This document shows, one piece after another, positions 1 to 9,499 of a stretch of 64,000 nt of DNA. Source of the DNA: an uncultured bacterium (lineage in GTDB: Bacteria > Omnitrophota > Omnitrophia > Omnitrophales > Abzuiibacteriaceae); contig CAYLXA010000003.1 in assembly GCA_964387845.1 (NCBI GenBank), forward strand, positions 164,089-228,088, in the 5' to 3' direction. The first letter of the stretch is position 1; every line of letters begins with the position of its first letter. The notes below the pieces were generated by a model. The model made no database searches and had not been told where the DNA came from. It saw nothing but the letters and a program-made list of their open reading frames with translations. The translations under genes and the position numbers were made by a program.

Positions 1-455
1 AAAAACTTGCCTGCAAACGAACCAATACCCGCTCCCATTTGAACGGCGGGGCCTTCCCGGCCGGTTGATGCCCCTGAGCCCAGAGAAATCGCAGAGGTAA
101 TGCCTTTCATAATGATGCCTCTTGTGCGCATGCGGCCTTTGTTAAGTGTAATTGCTTTTAAAACTTCAGGAACGCCGTTACCAGCCGCTTCCGGCGCAAA
201 TAGATAGATTAAAAGCCCCACAAGAAGTCCGCCAACAGCCGGAATCAGCAACACACGATAGCGGCCCAGATAAGATAAGTGAGTGCTGAGATTGTCAAAA
301 AAAATATGCTCGCTTAAAGAAATGCCTTTAATGAAGAGAACAATGATCAGACCGGTGACGATACCGATGATGCCTGATAACAACATCGGAAGTGCAAGAC
401 GAGCTGTATTGAGGAAATTATTGAAATTACGCTTGAAGAACAACGCTGCCTTCAT
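1..455 (-). CDS. ClC-family voltage-gated chloride channel, N-terminal part (gene runs off the window start)
   Basis: Minus-strand translation from ATG at 455 gives MKAALFFKRNF...GSGASTGREGPAVQMGAGIGSFAGKF. It contains the ClC signature GREGP/GSGxxxGxEGP and hydrophobic helices. There is no stop before the window edge. Confidence 0.7.
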   Translation of the reverse strand, partial: MKAALFFKRNFNNFLNTARLALPMLLSGIIGIVTGLIIVLFIKGISLSEHIFFDNLSTHLSYLGRYRVLLIPAVGGLLVGLLIYLFAPEAAGNGVPEVLKAITLNKGRMRTRGIIMKGITSAISLGSGASTGREGPAVQMGAGIGSFAGKF

Positions 456-530
456 ACCTTGGTGATTATATCACCAACAAGACAGTCAACTCCAGTTAGG
501 AATTTAAAACCTGCTAAAATCCAGATAAAA

Positions 531-1016
531 TTATTCGAGAAGACTTCTAAGCATCCAAGCTGTTTTTTCATGAATTTGCATCCGCTGGGTCAGCAAATCC
601 ATCGTAACTTGATCGCTTGATTTTTCCGCAATTGGAAATATCGAACGCGCTGTTCGAATAACGGCTCCATGGCCTTCAACAAGTGAACGGATCATATCTT
701 CCGCTTTCAGATTGCTTTTTTCTTCCTTGATTGAACTCAAAGCAGAAAATTCGCTGTAACTTCCCGGCGCAAATTCATCCAATGCGCGAATGCGTTCAGC
801 AATCAGGTCAACCGCGGTCCATAATTCGTTGTAATGTTGTTCAAACATTAAATGCAGTGTTTGAAACATTGGGCCGGTAACGTTCCAGTGAAATTTGTGG
901 GTTTTTAAGTAAAGAGTGTAAGTATCGGCTAGTAGTTTAGAAACGCCTTTTGCGATTTCTTTACGATTTGTCTCGGGAATTCCAATGTCGACAGGGATAG
1001 ATGTTTGAGTACTCAT
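531..1016 (-). CDS. dps: Dps (DNA protection during starvation) ferritin-like protein
   Basis: [38 protein letters not shown] is a classic Dps ferroxidase-site region. I chose the start at MSTQTS (ATG 1016), which is preceded by GGAGGAAG on the minus strand; the ORF track starts earlier, at 1061. Confidence 0.85.
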   Translation of the reverse strand: MSTQTSIPVDIGIPETNRKEIAKGVSKLLADTYTLYLKTHKFHWNVTGPMFQTLHLMFEQHYNELWTAVDLIAERIRALDEFAPGSYSEFSALSSIKEEKSNLKAEDMIRSLVEGHGAVIRTARSIFPIAEKSSDQVTMDLLTQRMQIHEKTAWMLRSLLE

Positions 1017-1065
1017 AACGGCTTCCTCCAAGTTAGAAACCCATTTTATCACTTTTAACACGGGT

Positions 1066-1112
1066 TTATAAGTAAAAAGCCGCGCTGAATTAAATCAGTG
1101 CGGCTTTTTAGG
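1066..1112. terminator. Hairpin with U-runs on both strands (bidirectional intrinsic terminator) between the dps start region and the upstream minus-strand gene
   Basis: aaaaagccgcgctga-attaaa-tcagtgcggcttttt: a 10-11 bp stem flanked by A-run and T-run. Confidence 0.5.
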
Positions 1113-1123
1113 AGAAAATAAAA

Positions 1124-1684
1124 CTAACGCTTTTTTGCAGGGCCTTGAGCGGTCACTCTATCGGCTGGGCCGCGGGCGATTCGGTTTTCACGCCGGTCGG
1201 CACGGTTTTCAACACGATCACGCCTGTCTTCGCGTTTATCCAAAAATTCCTTTCGGTTTTTGCGGATTTCATCACGTTTGGCCTGCCATTCCTCGCGGTG
1301 CTTCTTGGCATTTTCCAAACGTTCCTGCCGGGCTTCTTCGAACTTTTCTCTTAAATCCCGGCGGGCATCTTGAAATTCCTGACGGTTTTCGCGCATCTCG
1401 GAGACATTTTCTTGATGCGTTTCCCTTAATTGTTGGCGCAACTGTTGCGCCAATTCTTTGTTTCCCGATTTCAAAGCATCTTGGATTTGCTCACGAAGCG
1501 CCTTTTCTTCTTCCTTAGCCAAACGGGCACCTTCACGGATTTCTCCGCGCTGCTCTTTTAATGCCGAAGCGTAAGGCCGATCGCCCGGCTGAGCGTCGCC
1601 CTCTCGAGTTTCTTCTGCGATCGAAACACCATAAAACAAAAAACTAACCGCCAAAACAGGCAAAAACACTCTGAATAACTTCAT
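1124..1684 (-). CDS. Secreted highly charged coiled-coil protein (possibly a Spy/CpxP-like periplasmic protein)
   Basis: Start chosen at MKLFRVFLPVLAVSFLFYGVSIA (signal peptide; ATG 1684, GGAGGG RBS). The mature part is RE/QE-rich low-complexity helix (REQIQDALKSGNKELAQQLRQQLRETHQEN...). The longer ORF to 1825 overlaps the pfkA stop. Confidence 0.5.
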   Translation of the reverse strand: MKLFRVFLPVLAVSFLFYGVSIAEETREGDAQPGDRPYASALKEQRGEIREGARLAKEEEKALREQIQDALKSGNKELAQQLRQQLRETHQENVSEMRENRQEFQDARRDLREKFEEARQERLENAKKHREEWQAKRDEIRKNRKEFLDKREDRRDRVENRADRRENRIARGPADRVTAQGPAKKR

Positions 1685-1761
1685 TGGTAAACCCTCCTCT
1701 GCGCCTTTAGCGCAATGAATTCGGTAATAAGACGAGTCCCGCTCAAAAAGGTTTAATGAGT

Positions 1762-2754
1762 TTAAGTAGCCAGTATCGGCAGAATTTTTAACAGGAAAGG
1801 ATCTAGCTTCTTTTTCCTGGACCAAGTCTGTTTGAGCGGTGTCGTGACAAACAAATTTTTTACTTTCCCGACTGCGACTCCGGTTTTTCCTTTTAAAATT
1901 TGCGTGACGGCAAAAGCGCCGAGTTCCGTTGCAATTTTGCGGTCCATCGCGGTCGGAATACCGCCGCGCTGCAAATGCCCCAGGACGACAACGCGGTATT
2001 CATTGCCGCTTAGTTTCTTCAATTTTTCCGCGATTTGAAATGCACCGCCTTCTTTTTCGCCTTCTGCCACAATAATCAAGCTGCTGGTTTTTCCGGCTTG
2101 ATTGGCTTCGGAAAGCTGTTTGGAGATTGTGCGAAGATTTGTCGTAGTCTCAGGCACCAAAACTTCCTCGGCACCTCCCGAAATCCCGACATCCAAAGCG
2201 ATAAAACCGGCATGCCGGCCCATCACTTCCACCAAAAACATGCGCTCATGCGATTCGGCCGTGTCCCTGATTTTATCGATGGCCTGGAGAGCGGTATTCA
2301 CCGCCGTGTCGTAACCGATCGTAAAATCCGTTCCGTAAATGTCATTATCAATCGTTCCCGGCACCCCGATAATTTTTCCTGTCCATATTTTTGACAAATC
2401 ATGGGCGCCGCGATAAGTTCCGTTGCCGCCGATTGTAATGAGGCCGTCAATCCGGTTTCTTTCCAAAATTTCTTTTGCTTTGAGCTGGCCTTCTTTCGTT
2501 TCAAATTCCTTACACCGGGAGGTTTTGAGAATCGTTCCGCCCCGTTGAATGATATTGGATACATCGCGCGGCCCAAACTCTTTGAAATCTTCCGACAAAA
2601 GGCCCTGATAACCTCGGCGGATACCGAAAATTTTAAGGCCCGAAGCAGCAGCCACCCGGACAACCGCGCGGATTGCCGCGTTCATTCCGGGCGCATCACC
2701 GCCGCTTGTGAGAAGTGCGATTGTTTTTATTTTGCGAGTTTGTTTGGTTCTCAT
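1762..2754 (-). CDS. pfkA: ATP-dependent 6-phosphofructokinase
   Basis: IALLTSGGDAPGMNAAIRAVV, GGNGTYRGA, GVPGTIDNDI and MGRHAGFIAL are PFK-A family motifs. Confidence 0.9.
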   Translation of the reverse strand: MRTKQTRKIKTIALLTSGGDAPGMNAAIRAVVRVAAASGLKIFGIRRGYQGLLSEDFKEFGPRDVSNIIQRGGTILKTSRCKEFETKEGQLKAKEILERNRIDGLITIGGNGTYRGAHDLSKIWTGKIIGVPGTIDNDIYGTDFTIGYDTAVNTALQAIDKIRDTAESHERMFLVEVMGRHAGFIALDVGISGGAEEVLVPETTTNLRTISKQLSEANQAGKTSSLIIVAEGEKEGGAFQIAEKLKKLSGNEYRVVVLGHLQRGGIPTAMDRKIATELGAFAVTQILKGKTGVAVGKVKNLFVTTPLKQTWSRKKKLDPFLLKILPILAT

Positions 2755-2755
2755 A

Positions 2756-3655
2756 TTAATAAGTAAATTCTATACCCGAAACAATGCGCGTATCGAGCTT
2801 TTTTGCGCTGCCCGGGTTGGAATTGTATTCGTTAATGAGGCTGAATTTCAGATTCAAATTGTCGGTAATCGGATTTTTCAGAGCCGTTTCCGCTTTCAGG
2901 CGGAATGAGCGCTCACCGCTCAACGAAGGATAAGCATAAACATCTTCCGAAATCGTCGATTTTCCGATCAAACGTTTTTCAAGATAAATGTGCGGCGTCA
3001 AAACAAATTCGCTTTCGTTTTTTTCGTCCGTTCGAAAGTTCGTAAAGGTCACGCCGGCGCCGGCTTCGGCCATGAATTTAAAATTATCCGAATCGCTGAA
3101 CCAGTAGCCGAGTCCCGTGGACGGTGTGTAGCGCGAATCGATATTGGCAAACCGGTCGTGATCGCCCTCGCCCTTTGTAAAGTGAAACCACTTTTTCTCC
3201 TCTCCGAAGCTCCAGGCGTAGCGCACAAGCCCGGAATATTTTTGCGCGTTCATTTTGCGGTCGCGTTCCGAATAATAACCGTCCGCTTTAATGTCGAATT
3301 CGTTCACTTTTTCGACTTTCCGCTTAATTTCAATGGTTCCGGATAGTTCCGAAGTATTTGTATTGCCGCGCTGCCTCGAAAATCCGCCGAAAACTTTTCC
3401 GCTCCAAAGTTTTGGGTCTTCCGAAACGCTTTCCGGAACCGGTTGAGCCGCCACCGCGCCCTTAATTTCCGAAACCGCTTGTTTAGAAATCGTGAGCGTC
3501 CCCAAATGTTCTGTTGTGACAATATAGGAAGCAGCGTCGGTTTTGGCGATAGCCCCCGTAATTTTGTCTCCGTTTACGAGAAAAATCTCATCTGCCAGGA
3601 CAGATTGTGCGTTGATAATGAGGAAAAATGTGGCCAAAGTAAAAAGCGTTTTCAT
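2756..3655 (-). CDS. DUF481-family outer-membrane beta-barrel protein (YdiY-like)
   Basis: Signal peptide MKTLFTLATFFLIINAQSVLA, alternating hydrophobic beta-strand pattern and a C-terminal aromatic residue (…IEFTY). From memory it resembles DUF481. It sits 1 nt upstream of pfkA. Confidence 0.55.
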   Translation of the reverse strand: MKTLFTLATFFLIINAQSVLADEIFLVNGDKITGAIAKTDAASYIVTTEHLGTLTISKQAVSEIKGAVAAQPVPESVSEDPKLWSGKVFGGFSRQRGNTNTSELSGTIEIKRKVEKVNEFDIKADGYYSERDRKMNAQKYSGLVRYAWSFGEEKKWFHFTKGEGDHDRFANIDSRYTPSTGLGYWFSDSDNFKFMAEAGAGVTFTNFRTDEKNESEFVLTPHIYLEKRLIGKSTISEDVYAYPSLSGERSFRLKAETALKNPITDNLNLKFSLINEYNSNPGSAKKLDTRIVSGIEFTY

Positions 3656-4005
3656 ATCAAACCTCCCGTTCGTTAAAGCATATTAGCTTTAAGGCTAGAA
3701 ACCAATGCGCCCATGTTGGTAAAGATAAGAATGCATAAAGCGCCATCGCGAGTAATAACATTGCCAAACGTGGCAGGCGATTTTCTGTAGGCAGTCACTT
3801 TAAATTTTACTACCGTCCCGTTTTCTGTTCAATGATCTTATCGCTGAATAAAGACCGCTTGCGTATATTTTCATGGAATTTTAAAAAAAATTTTATAAAT
3901 AAATTTAGAAAGTCCATTTTGCTCAGTTTTGACACGCTCGTTTAATTTTCTTGACGATATTTTTCTAGGATTTAGTCAAACAAAAACGAAAAAGAGAGGT
4001 AGCCC

Positions 4006-4203
4006 ATGTATGAAAAAGAATTAATGGTTTGCGGGTTGAGGCGGCAGCAAAATATTTTGGGTGAATTGATCAACGATCTTAGCGGAAAAAACAGGCTCAG
4101 CACCGCAGAATATCGCCATTATGACCGGCAAACCAAACAAGTTGAGAAAAGTTTGAAGCAGCTCTTGACGCTTCGCAGCGAACTTCTTGCAGTTCAAAAT
4201 TAA
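4006..4203 (+). CDS. Small helical protein of unknown function (65 aa)
   Basis: ORF with AGAGAGG RBS upstream. It is a paralog of the next small ORF. Confidence 0.4.
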   Translation: MYEKELMVCGLRRQQNILGELINDLSGKNRLSTAEYRHYDRQTKQVEKSLKQLLTLRSELLAVQN

Positions 4204-4210
4204 AGGCCCT

Positions 4211-4432
4211 GACATGACAACACAGGAAATAGTTGTGGCCACACTGAAAGATCAGCAGGCGTTGCTTGAAAGCTTAATCACGCAGCTTGAGGGCAGGCCC
4301 CGATTTGATGAAGTAGATTGTCAAATGTACGAAGAAACTTTGAGAGAAATAAGCCAGAATTTAAGCCGGCTCAGAAAATTTCAGAAGCAGCAGTTAAAAA
4401 CACACGAGAAAGCCCCTTTTCTTCCCCGCTAA
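4211..4432 (+). CDS. Small helical protein of unknown function (73 aa), paralog of 4006-4203
   Basis: MTTQEIVVATLKDQQALLESLITQLEGRPRFDEVDCQMYEETLREISQNLSRL aligns with ...LGELINDLSGKNRLSTAEYRHYDRQTKQVEKSLKQL of the upstream ORF (L-I-x-x-L-x-G...Y...L-x-x-L pattern). Confidence 0.4.
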   Translation, partial: DMTTQEIVVATLKDQQALLESLITQLEGRPRFDEVDCQMYEETLREISQNLSRLRKFQKQQLKTHEKAPFLPR

Positions 4433-4457
4433 TTCTTGCCACCCGGCTGGCCGCTTT

Positions 4458-5018
4458 TTATTTGTTTTTATTCCGGTCTATCCAATAAAGCAGGTTGTCT
4501 TCGACTTTGTAAAGCAGGGGGGCGACTTTGATTTTCGGGTAGCGCGCTGAGAGCCGGTCGGTTTCGCTCAAGATAAAATCAATCTCGTTTCCAATCTCGA
4601 ACATGGGCGAATAATGCATAAAATGGTCTTCCGCCATTTTCGTGTCCCAACCGGCACGTTTGGTGAGGCCTTCAATGAATTGGTTTTTTCGGCTGACCAG
4701 GTTGACCATCCCGCATTGCGTGTGGCCGATGAGTGCGATGTGTTCAATCCCGCCGACGGCAATGGCGTAAGAAACTTTGAACTCGCTGTAGCGTAAATTG
4801 GCGCCGCCTGCGCGGATTATAAATGCAAAATTATCCGGAATGTGCAGATGCTTGCGGTTGTCCATGCACATGCCGATCAAGAGCTTTGCTTGTTTGTATT
4901 CCTGATGCGGTTTTTCGGCGTTATGATAAAGAAGTAAATCGCCGATCGGTGTATTCCGGAATTCCTGGGGGATGTCTTCTTTTTTCTGAATTGATAAAAG
5001 CCTGTGCATGACGCACAT
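4458..5018 (-). CDS. Beta-class carbonic anhydrase-like protein
   Basis: CMDNR (CxDxR) and GHTQCGM (HxxCG) zinc-ligand motifs at the expected spacing. Confidence 0.55.
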   Translation of the reverse strand: MCVMHRLLSIQKKEDIPQEFRNTPIGDLLLYHNAEKPHQEYKQAKLLIGMCMDNRKHLHIPDNFAFIIRAGGANLRYSEFKVSYAIAVGGIEHIALIGHTQCGMVNLVSRKNQFIEGLTKRAGWDTKMAEDHFMHYSPMFEIGNEIDFILSETDRLSARYPKIKVAPLLYKVEDNLLYWIDRNKNK

Positions 5019-5044
5019 TTTATCAATAACTCGGCGAACTGTCT

Positions 5045-5521
5045 TTATTTTTTACCTAGCTGTGCAAAAAACGCTTCGGCGCCTTTTTTGACTTGTTCTT
5101 CCGTTAAATCTTGTTTGTGCGTGGCAATGTTCCATTTGTAACCGAAAGGATCTACAACACATCCGCAGCGGTCTCCCCAAAATACATCCGACATTGGCAT
5201 AATGGATGTTGCTCCTGCGGTGACGGCCTGATTAAATAATTTATCCGCATCTTCCACATAAATATACAAACCGATCGGTGAATTGCCGAGAGTTTGAGCG
5301 CTAGAACACACACCCGGCATTTCATCCCCCATCATGATGATGGAATTTCCGATTTCGATTGTGGCGTGCATCGTGCTTTTACCGTCCGGTGCCGGGAAAA
5401 TCTGTGCGTTTTTTGCGCCGAACGCTTTTTTGTAAAATTCGATGGCTTTTCTGCAATCTTTAAATGTGAAACTGGGCGTTACCGTATGATATCCGTCCGG
5501 AATGGGTTTTACGTTTGCCAT
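5045..5521 (-). CDS. VOC/glyoxalase-family protein (PhnB/YjdN-like)
   Basis: About 158 aa. The pattern MANVKPIPDGYHTVTPSFTFKDCRKAIEFYKKAFGA...FWGDRCGCVVDPFGYKWNI is typical of 3-demethylubiquinone-9 methyltransferase-like VOC proteins. Confidence 0.6.
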   Translation of the reverse strand: MANVKPIPDGYHTVTPSFTFKDCRKAIEFYKKAFGAKNAQIFPAPDGKSTMHATIEIGNSIIMMGDEMPGVCSSAQTLGNSPIGLYIYVEDADKLFNQAVTAGATSIMPMSDVFWGDRCGCVVDPFGYKWNIATHKQDLTEEQVKKGAEAFFAQLGKK

Positions 5522-5539
5522 GGTTTGTCCTTTCTATTA

Positions 5540-5896
5540 TTAAGCGTCTACCATTACTTTAAATCCGCCCCAGAACATGCGTTTGCCGTCAAAAGGCATT
5601 GGTGTTTTGCACATTTTTTTAATGAACGGGTCATTCATTACTTTTTTATTGACGCTGTCACGGTGCGCGCGTGATTTGTAAACAATATAAGCAAACACCA
5701 CTTTCTCGCTCGGTTTCAATTTGACGCTTTGCGGGAAAGAAGTCCATTTGCCTTTTTTGACATCATCCGCAATACATTCGATATATTCCAATGCGCCGTG
5801 TTTGCGCCAGATTTTTCCGCATTTTGAAGCCAAACTCCGGTATTTGCCCAAATGCTTTTTCGGGACCGGTGCCACATATCCATCCACATATCGCAT
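5540..5896 (-). CDS. DUF1428-family protein
   Basis: The MRYVDGYVAPVPKK... N-terminus and the size (118 aa) fit DUF1428, from memory. Confidence 0.55.
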   Translation of the reverse strand: MRYVDGYVAPVPKKHLGKYRSLASKCGKIWRKHGALEYIECIADDVKKGKWTSFPQSVKLKPSEKVVFAYIVYKSRAHRDSVNKKVMNDPFIKKMCKTPMPFDGKRMFWGGFKVMVDA

Positions 5897-5911
5897 GATG
5901 TTCTCCTTAGT

Positions 5912-6280
5912 TTATTGTTCTTGTAAATAAGCGTTTGCCTCTTCAAAGGAAGAGACCGTTATAATTTGTACTTTTTTTGAATAATGGAACAAAGACATGA
6001 TGCTGAAGCCGATATCTTGGGAAGGATCGGGAACAATTCGGATGACTTCTGTGACGCCGTGCTGGTTGAAATAATCCATCGACCGCTTGATTGCGTCTTG
6101 AACGCCTTGTTCCATGGATTCAACCTTCGATAAATCCGTCAGAATTTTAAAACCTTTTCTGTGCTTCGGCGTTGCTTTTTGGATGTCGCTGTAAGACCGT
6201 TCGGCTTGTGTGATATCAATCTGCCCGGAGAATGCAATTATCACAGCGTTTAATTTTTCGTCGTAGGAAACTTGAATCAT
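5912..6280 (-). CDS. Hypothetical protein (122 aa)
   Basis: Clean ORF directly upstream of DUF1428 on the same strand. No recognizable motif. Confidence 0.4.
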   Translation of the reverse strand: MIQVSYDEKLNAVIIAFSGQIDITQAERSYSDIQKATPKHRKGFKILTDLSKVESMEQGVQDAIKRSMDYFNQHGVTEVIRIVPDPSQDIGFSIMSLFHYSKKVQIITVSSFEEANAYLQEQ

Positions 6281-6460
6281 GGTAGTAAGATTTTACTCTT
6301 ACCATACTTTTTGTTCAATGGCTGTCGTAGAGAAAATGTACATGAAATTTTTTCACAGCTGGGTTATTATAAGCAGGTCAAAAACCAAATAAATACTTTT
6401 GCAGAAAATGACAATCCAAGCCGACAATTTAGTCATCATTAATCATTCTGGCGGGGGTAT

Positions 6461-8911
6461 ATGAAAAATTTTTTGAAGCAATTTCTTCTATTAAGCACGT
6501 TTTGGATGTGGCAAGCCGCTGCTTGGGCGAGCGAAGCGGATCTTAAAATTCCGGATCTCCATGAAGGGCGTTTCGATTTATTCGGCGGTCTTACCGGGTA
6601 TGAAATCCTTCTTTACGGCGCACTCATCATTTTGGGGACCGTGGGTGTTTCGCTTTATCAATTCATGAAAATCAAGGCGCTTCCGGCGCACCGCTCGATG
6701 CTTGACGTTGCTGAAACGATTTTTAAAACCTGTCAAACGTATCTCAAACAGCAGGTCAGGTTCCTCATGATTCTTTTCGCGATTATTGCCTGCGCGATGT
6801 CTTATTATTTTGTAGGCCTGCAGCATGAATCCGCGGCGACCCTCAGCTTAGTCCTTTTATTTTCAATCGTCGGCATGGCGGGCTCCACGCTTGTCGCGTA
6901 TTACGGAATTCGAGTTAACACCTACGCCAATGCACGCACCGCTTTTGCATCACTGAGAGGCGTTCCGTGGGATGTGGTCAATATTCCGCTCCGCGCCGGC
7001 ATGTCCGTCGGGCTTTTCTTGATTTCAGTTGAGCTTGTCATGATGGTCATCATTCTTCTTTTTGTTCCGCGCGATATCGTGGGTTACTGTTTTCTTGGTT
7101 TCGCGATTGGAGAATCGCTCGGCGCGAGTGCGCTTCGAATCGCGGGCGGTATTTTCACAAAAATTGCCGACATCGGTTCAGATTTAATGAAAATCGTTTT
7201 TCAAGTCAAAGAAGATGATCCGCGCAATCCGGGCGTGATTGCTGATTGTGCAGGTGATAACGCGGGTGATTCGGTGGGCCCGACAGCGGATGGTTTTGAA
7301 ACGTATGGCGTCACGGGCGTTGCACTCATTTCATTTATCACGCTAGCCGTCAAAGATCCAACGCTTCAAGCCAAACTCATCGTTTGGATTTTTGCGATGC
7401 GCTTTTTGATGGATTTTATGTCCGGCGTTTCTTATTTTGTGAACAAAACAATTTCGGAAGCCAAATACAAAAACTTAAAAGATTTTGATTTTGAAGAACC
7501 GCTCACGCGTCTTATCAAAATCGCCACAACTCTTTGTATATCAACATCTTACGGCATGTCGTATTTGCTCGTAGGCGATCTTCCAGATCCGACGCTTTGG
7601 TGGAAACTGGCTTCTATTATTGCCTGCGGTACTTTGGCGGCCTATCTGATTCCGGAATTTACAAAGATTTTCACCTCATCACACTCCAAACACGTGCATG
7701 AAATTGTGACGGCTTCGCGCGAAGGCGGCGCATCGCTCACAATTCTCTCGGGCATTGTGGCGGGTTCATTTTCGGCATTTTGGAAGGGGCTTCTCATCGC
7801 AGCGCTTATGTTTGCAGCTTTTCTTATTTCTGGCATGGGAATCCAAAACATTATGCCGCACGCATCCATTTTTGCATTTGGCCTTGTGGCTTACGGATTT
7901 CTCTGCATGGGCCCCGTCAACATTGCGGTTGATTCTTACGGCCCGGTGACGGACAACGCACAATCCATTTTTGAATTGGCGCAGACGGAATCGATCCCCG
8001 GAATTGAAAAAGAAATTGAGAAGGATTTCGGTTTCAAACCGGATTTCAAAGGCGGCAAACATTATTTGGAAGCCAACGACTCGGCGGGGAACACGTTTAA
8101 AGCAACCGCGAAACCGGTTTTGATCGGAACGGCGGTGGCGGGCGCTACGACCATGATTTTCTCGATCATTCTTCTTTTACAGGAACATCTTCACGCGAGT
8201 GCTGTGGCCGCTGCAGCAGGCGCGTTTGTTCCTGAAAATATCGGTGAAATTCTTTTGGCAGAGAAATTATCTCTCACAGCAGCACCAGTTTTGCTTGGAT
8301 TTCTTTGCGGCGGGGCCGTCATTTTCTGGTTCTGCGGCGCTTCGATTCAAGCCGTCACGACGGGCGCTTATTCGGCGGTGGAGTACATCAAGAAGAACAT
8401 GAAGCTTGATAAAAAAGAAGCTCAACGCGAGGACTCTATTCGAGTGGTGAAAATTTGCACGGAATACGCGCAAAAAGGAATGTGGAACATTTTCTTAGGA
8501 CTTTTGGCGCTTACGCTCGCGTTTGCGCTTTTTGACCCGTATTTTTTTATTGCTTATCTTGTGGCGATCGCCGTTTTCGGTTTATTTCAAGCCATGTATA
8601 TGGCAAACGCCGGCGGCTCGTGGGATAATGCAAAGAAGCTCGTCGAAGTGGATTTCGGCGAGAAAAACACACCGGTTCATGCGGCGACCGTTGTCGGCGA
8701 CACGGTGGGCGATCCGTTCAAAGACACAACATCGGTTTCGCTTAACCCGATCATTAAATTTTCAACACTCTTCGGAATGCTCGCCGTCGAAATCGCAATC
8801 AAAATGGACCCTGCGATGACTCGCGTGAGTGCGCTCGTCTTTTTGGCTGCGGGCCTCTTTTTTGTCTGGAAATCCTTCTACCGGATGCGTATTCCCGCAA
8901 AAAAAGTTTGA
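6461..8911 (+). CDS. hppA: Membrane-bound proton-translocating pyrophosphatase (H+-PPase)
   Basis: DCAGDNAGDSVGP, GGxxTKxADIGSDL and the EYIKKNMKLD-type C-terminal motifs. About 16 TM helices, 816 aa. Confidence 0.9.
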   Translation: MKNFLKQFLLLSTFWMWQAAAWASEADLKIPDLHEGRFDLFGGLTGYEILLYGALIILGTVGVSLYQFMKIKALPAHRSMLDVAETIFKTCQTYLKQQVRFLMILFAIIACAMSYYFVGLQHESAATLSLVLLFSIVGMAGSTLVAYYGIRVNTYANARTAFASLRGVPWDVVNIPLRAGMSVGLFLISVELVMMVIILLFVPRDIVGYCFLGFAIGESLGASALRIAGGIFTKIADIGSDLMKIVFQVKEDDPRNPGVIADCAGDNAGDSVGPTADGFETYGVTGVALISFITLAVKDPTLQAKLIVWIFAMRFLMDFMSGVSYFVNKTISEAKYKNLKDFDFEEPLTRLIKIATTLCISTSYGMSYLLVGDLPDPTLWWKLASIIACGTLAAYLIPEFTKIFTSSHSKHVHEIVTASREGGASLTILSGIVAGSFSAFWKGLLIAALMFAAFLISGMGIQNIMPHASIFAFGLVAYGFLCMGPVNIAVDSYGPVTDNAQSIFELAQTESIPGIEKEIEKDFGFKPDFKGGKHYLEANDSAGNTFKATAKPVLIGTAVAGATTMIFSIILLLQEHLHASAVAAAAGAFVPENIGEILLAEKLSLTAAPVLLGFLCGGAVIFWFCGASIQAVTTGAYSAVEYIKKNMKLDKKEAQREDSIRVVKICTEYAQKGMWNIFLGLLALTLAFALFDPYFFIAYLVAIAVFGLFQAMYMANAGGSWDNAKKLVEVDFGEKNTPVHAATVVGDTVGDPFKDTTSVSLNPIIKFSTLFGMLAVEIAIKMDPAMTRVSALVFLAAGLFFVWKSFYRMRIPAKKV

Positions 8912-9046
8912 TAGAGCCCTGCACAAAAGTTGCTTTCTGGTCTGTAAACTAGTAAACCCCTTTTACTGCAGAAAGAGGTTTATACTGTTCGGAATGGCAA
9001 ACTCCAGCGTGCATCGGTATGACAGTAGAAATTAAGGAGAGATACC

Positions 9047-9340
9047 ATGAGTGAAGAATTTGAACCCAAAGAGACTGCTTCGAGCCTGGCGCAAAATGAT
9101 TCTGAAAATACAGTCGCTATTTTGAATGATATTCAGCAGAAACCTTTCGGAAAATCCGGAAGGCCGTTTAACTGGTTCAATCGGAATCGTTCCGAATCAC
9201 GCGGAAACGAATTCAGGCAAGAAGGATTTTCTTCGCAATCCTCAGGCGCGCGTCATTTTGATAAGCCCCGAGGCGAGGAAAGGCATGATTTTGGCGGGAA
9301 AAAGAAGAAATTTTTTCATCGAGGGAAAAGGCCGCGCTAA
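9047..9340 (+). CDS. Hypothetical small protein with acidic N-terminus and strongly basic C-terminus
   Basis: Clean 97-aa ORF. It ends KKKKFFHRGKRPR. No known motif. Confidence 0.35.
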   Translation: MSEEFEPKETASSLAQNDSENTVAILNDIQQKPFGKSGRPFNWFNRNRSESRGNEFRQEGFSSQSSGARHFDKPRGEERHDFGGKKKKFFHRGKRPR

Positions 9341-9360
9341 ATTTGCTGCAAAACTTTACG

Positions 9361-9388
9361 TTGACATCTTGCCGAAACCGTGTAGACT
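9361..9388 (+). promoter_or_regulatory. Candidate sigma70-type promoter for cspA (TTGACA - 16 nt - TAGACT)
   Basis: Perfect -35 hexamer TTGACA at 9361-9366. The -10 TAGACT at 9383-9388 matches 4 of 6 positions. Confidence 0.35.
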
Positions 9389-9431
9389 CACGCCCGAAGT
9401 ACATTGGTGAAGCTTTAAGGATAGTTTGAAC

Positions 9432-9464
9432 ACCGCAAGCTTATCATAGCTTGCGGTTTTTTTG
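9432..9464 (+). terminator. Intrinsic terminator/attenuator hairpin in the cspA leader
   Basis: accgcaagc-ttatcata-gcttgcggt perfect 9-bp stem followed by TTTTTTT. It lies between the candidate promoter and the cspA start. Confidence 0.6.
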
Positions 9465-9499
9465 TTTAAGACACCCTGCTTCGCAGAAGGGAAATTAAA

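Noticed and set aside
283-465. 60-aa plus-strand ORF
   Set aside because: Embedded in and antisense to the ClC channel CDS (1-455, minus), which has the GREGP signature.
1135-1518. Plus-strand ORFs of 127 aa and 69 aa antisense to the secreted coiled-coil gene
   Set aside because: They lie entirely within a well-supported minus-strand CDS. Low-complexity repeats generate long antisense reading frames. No RBS or signal.
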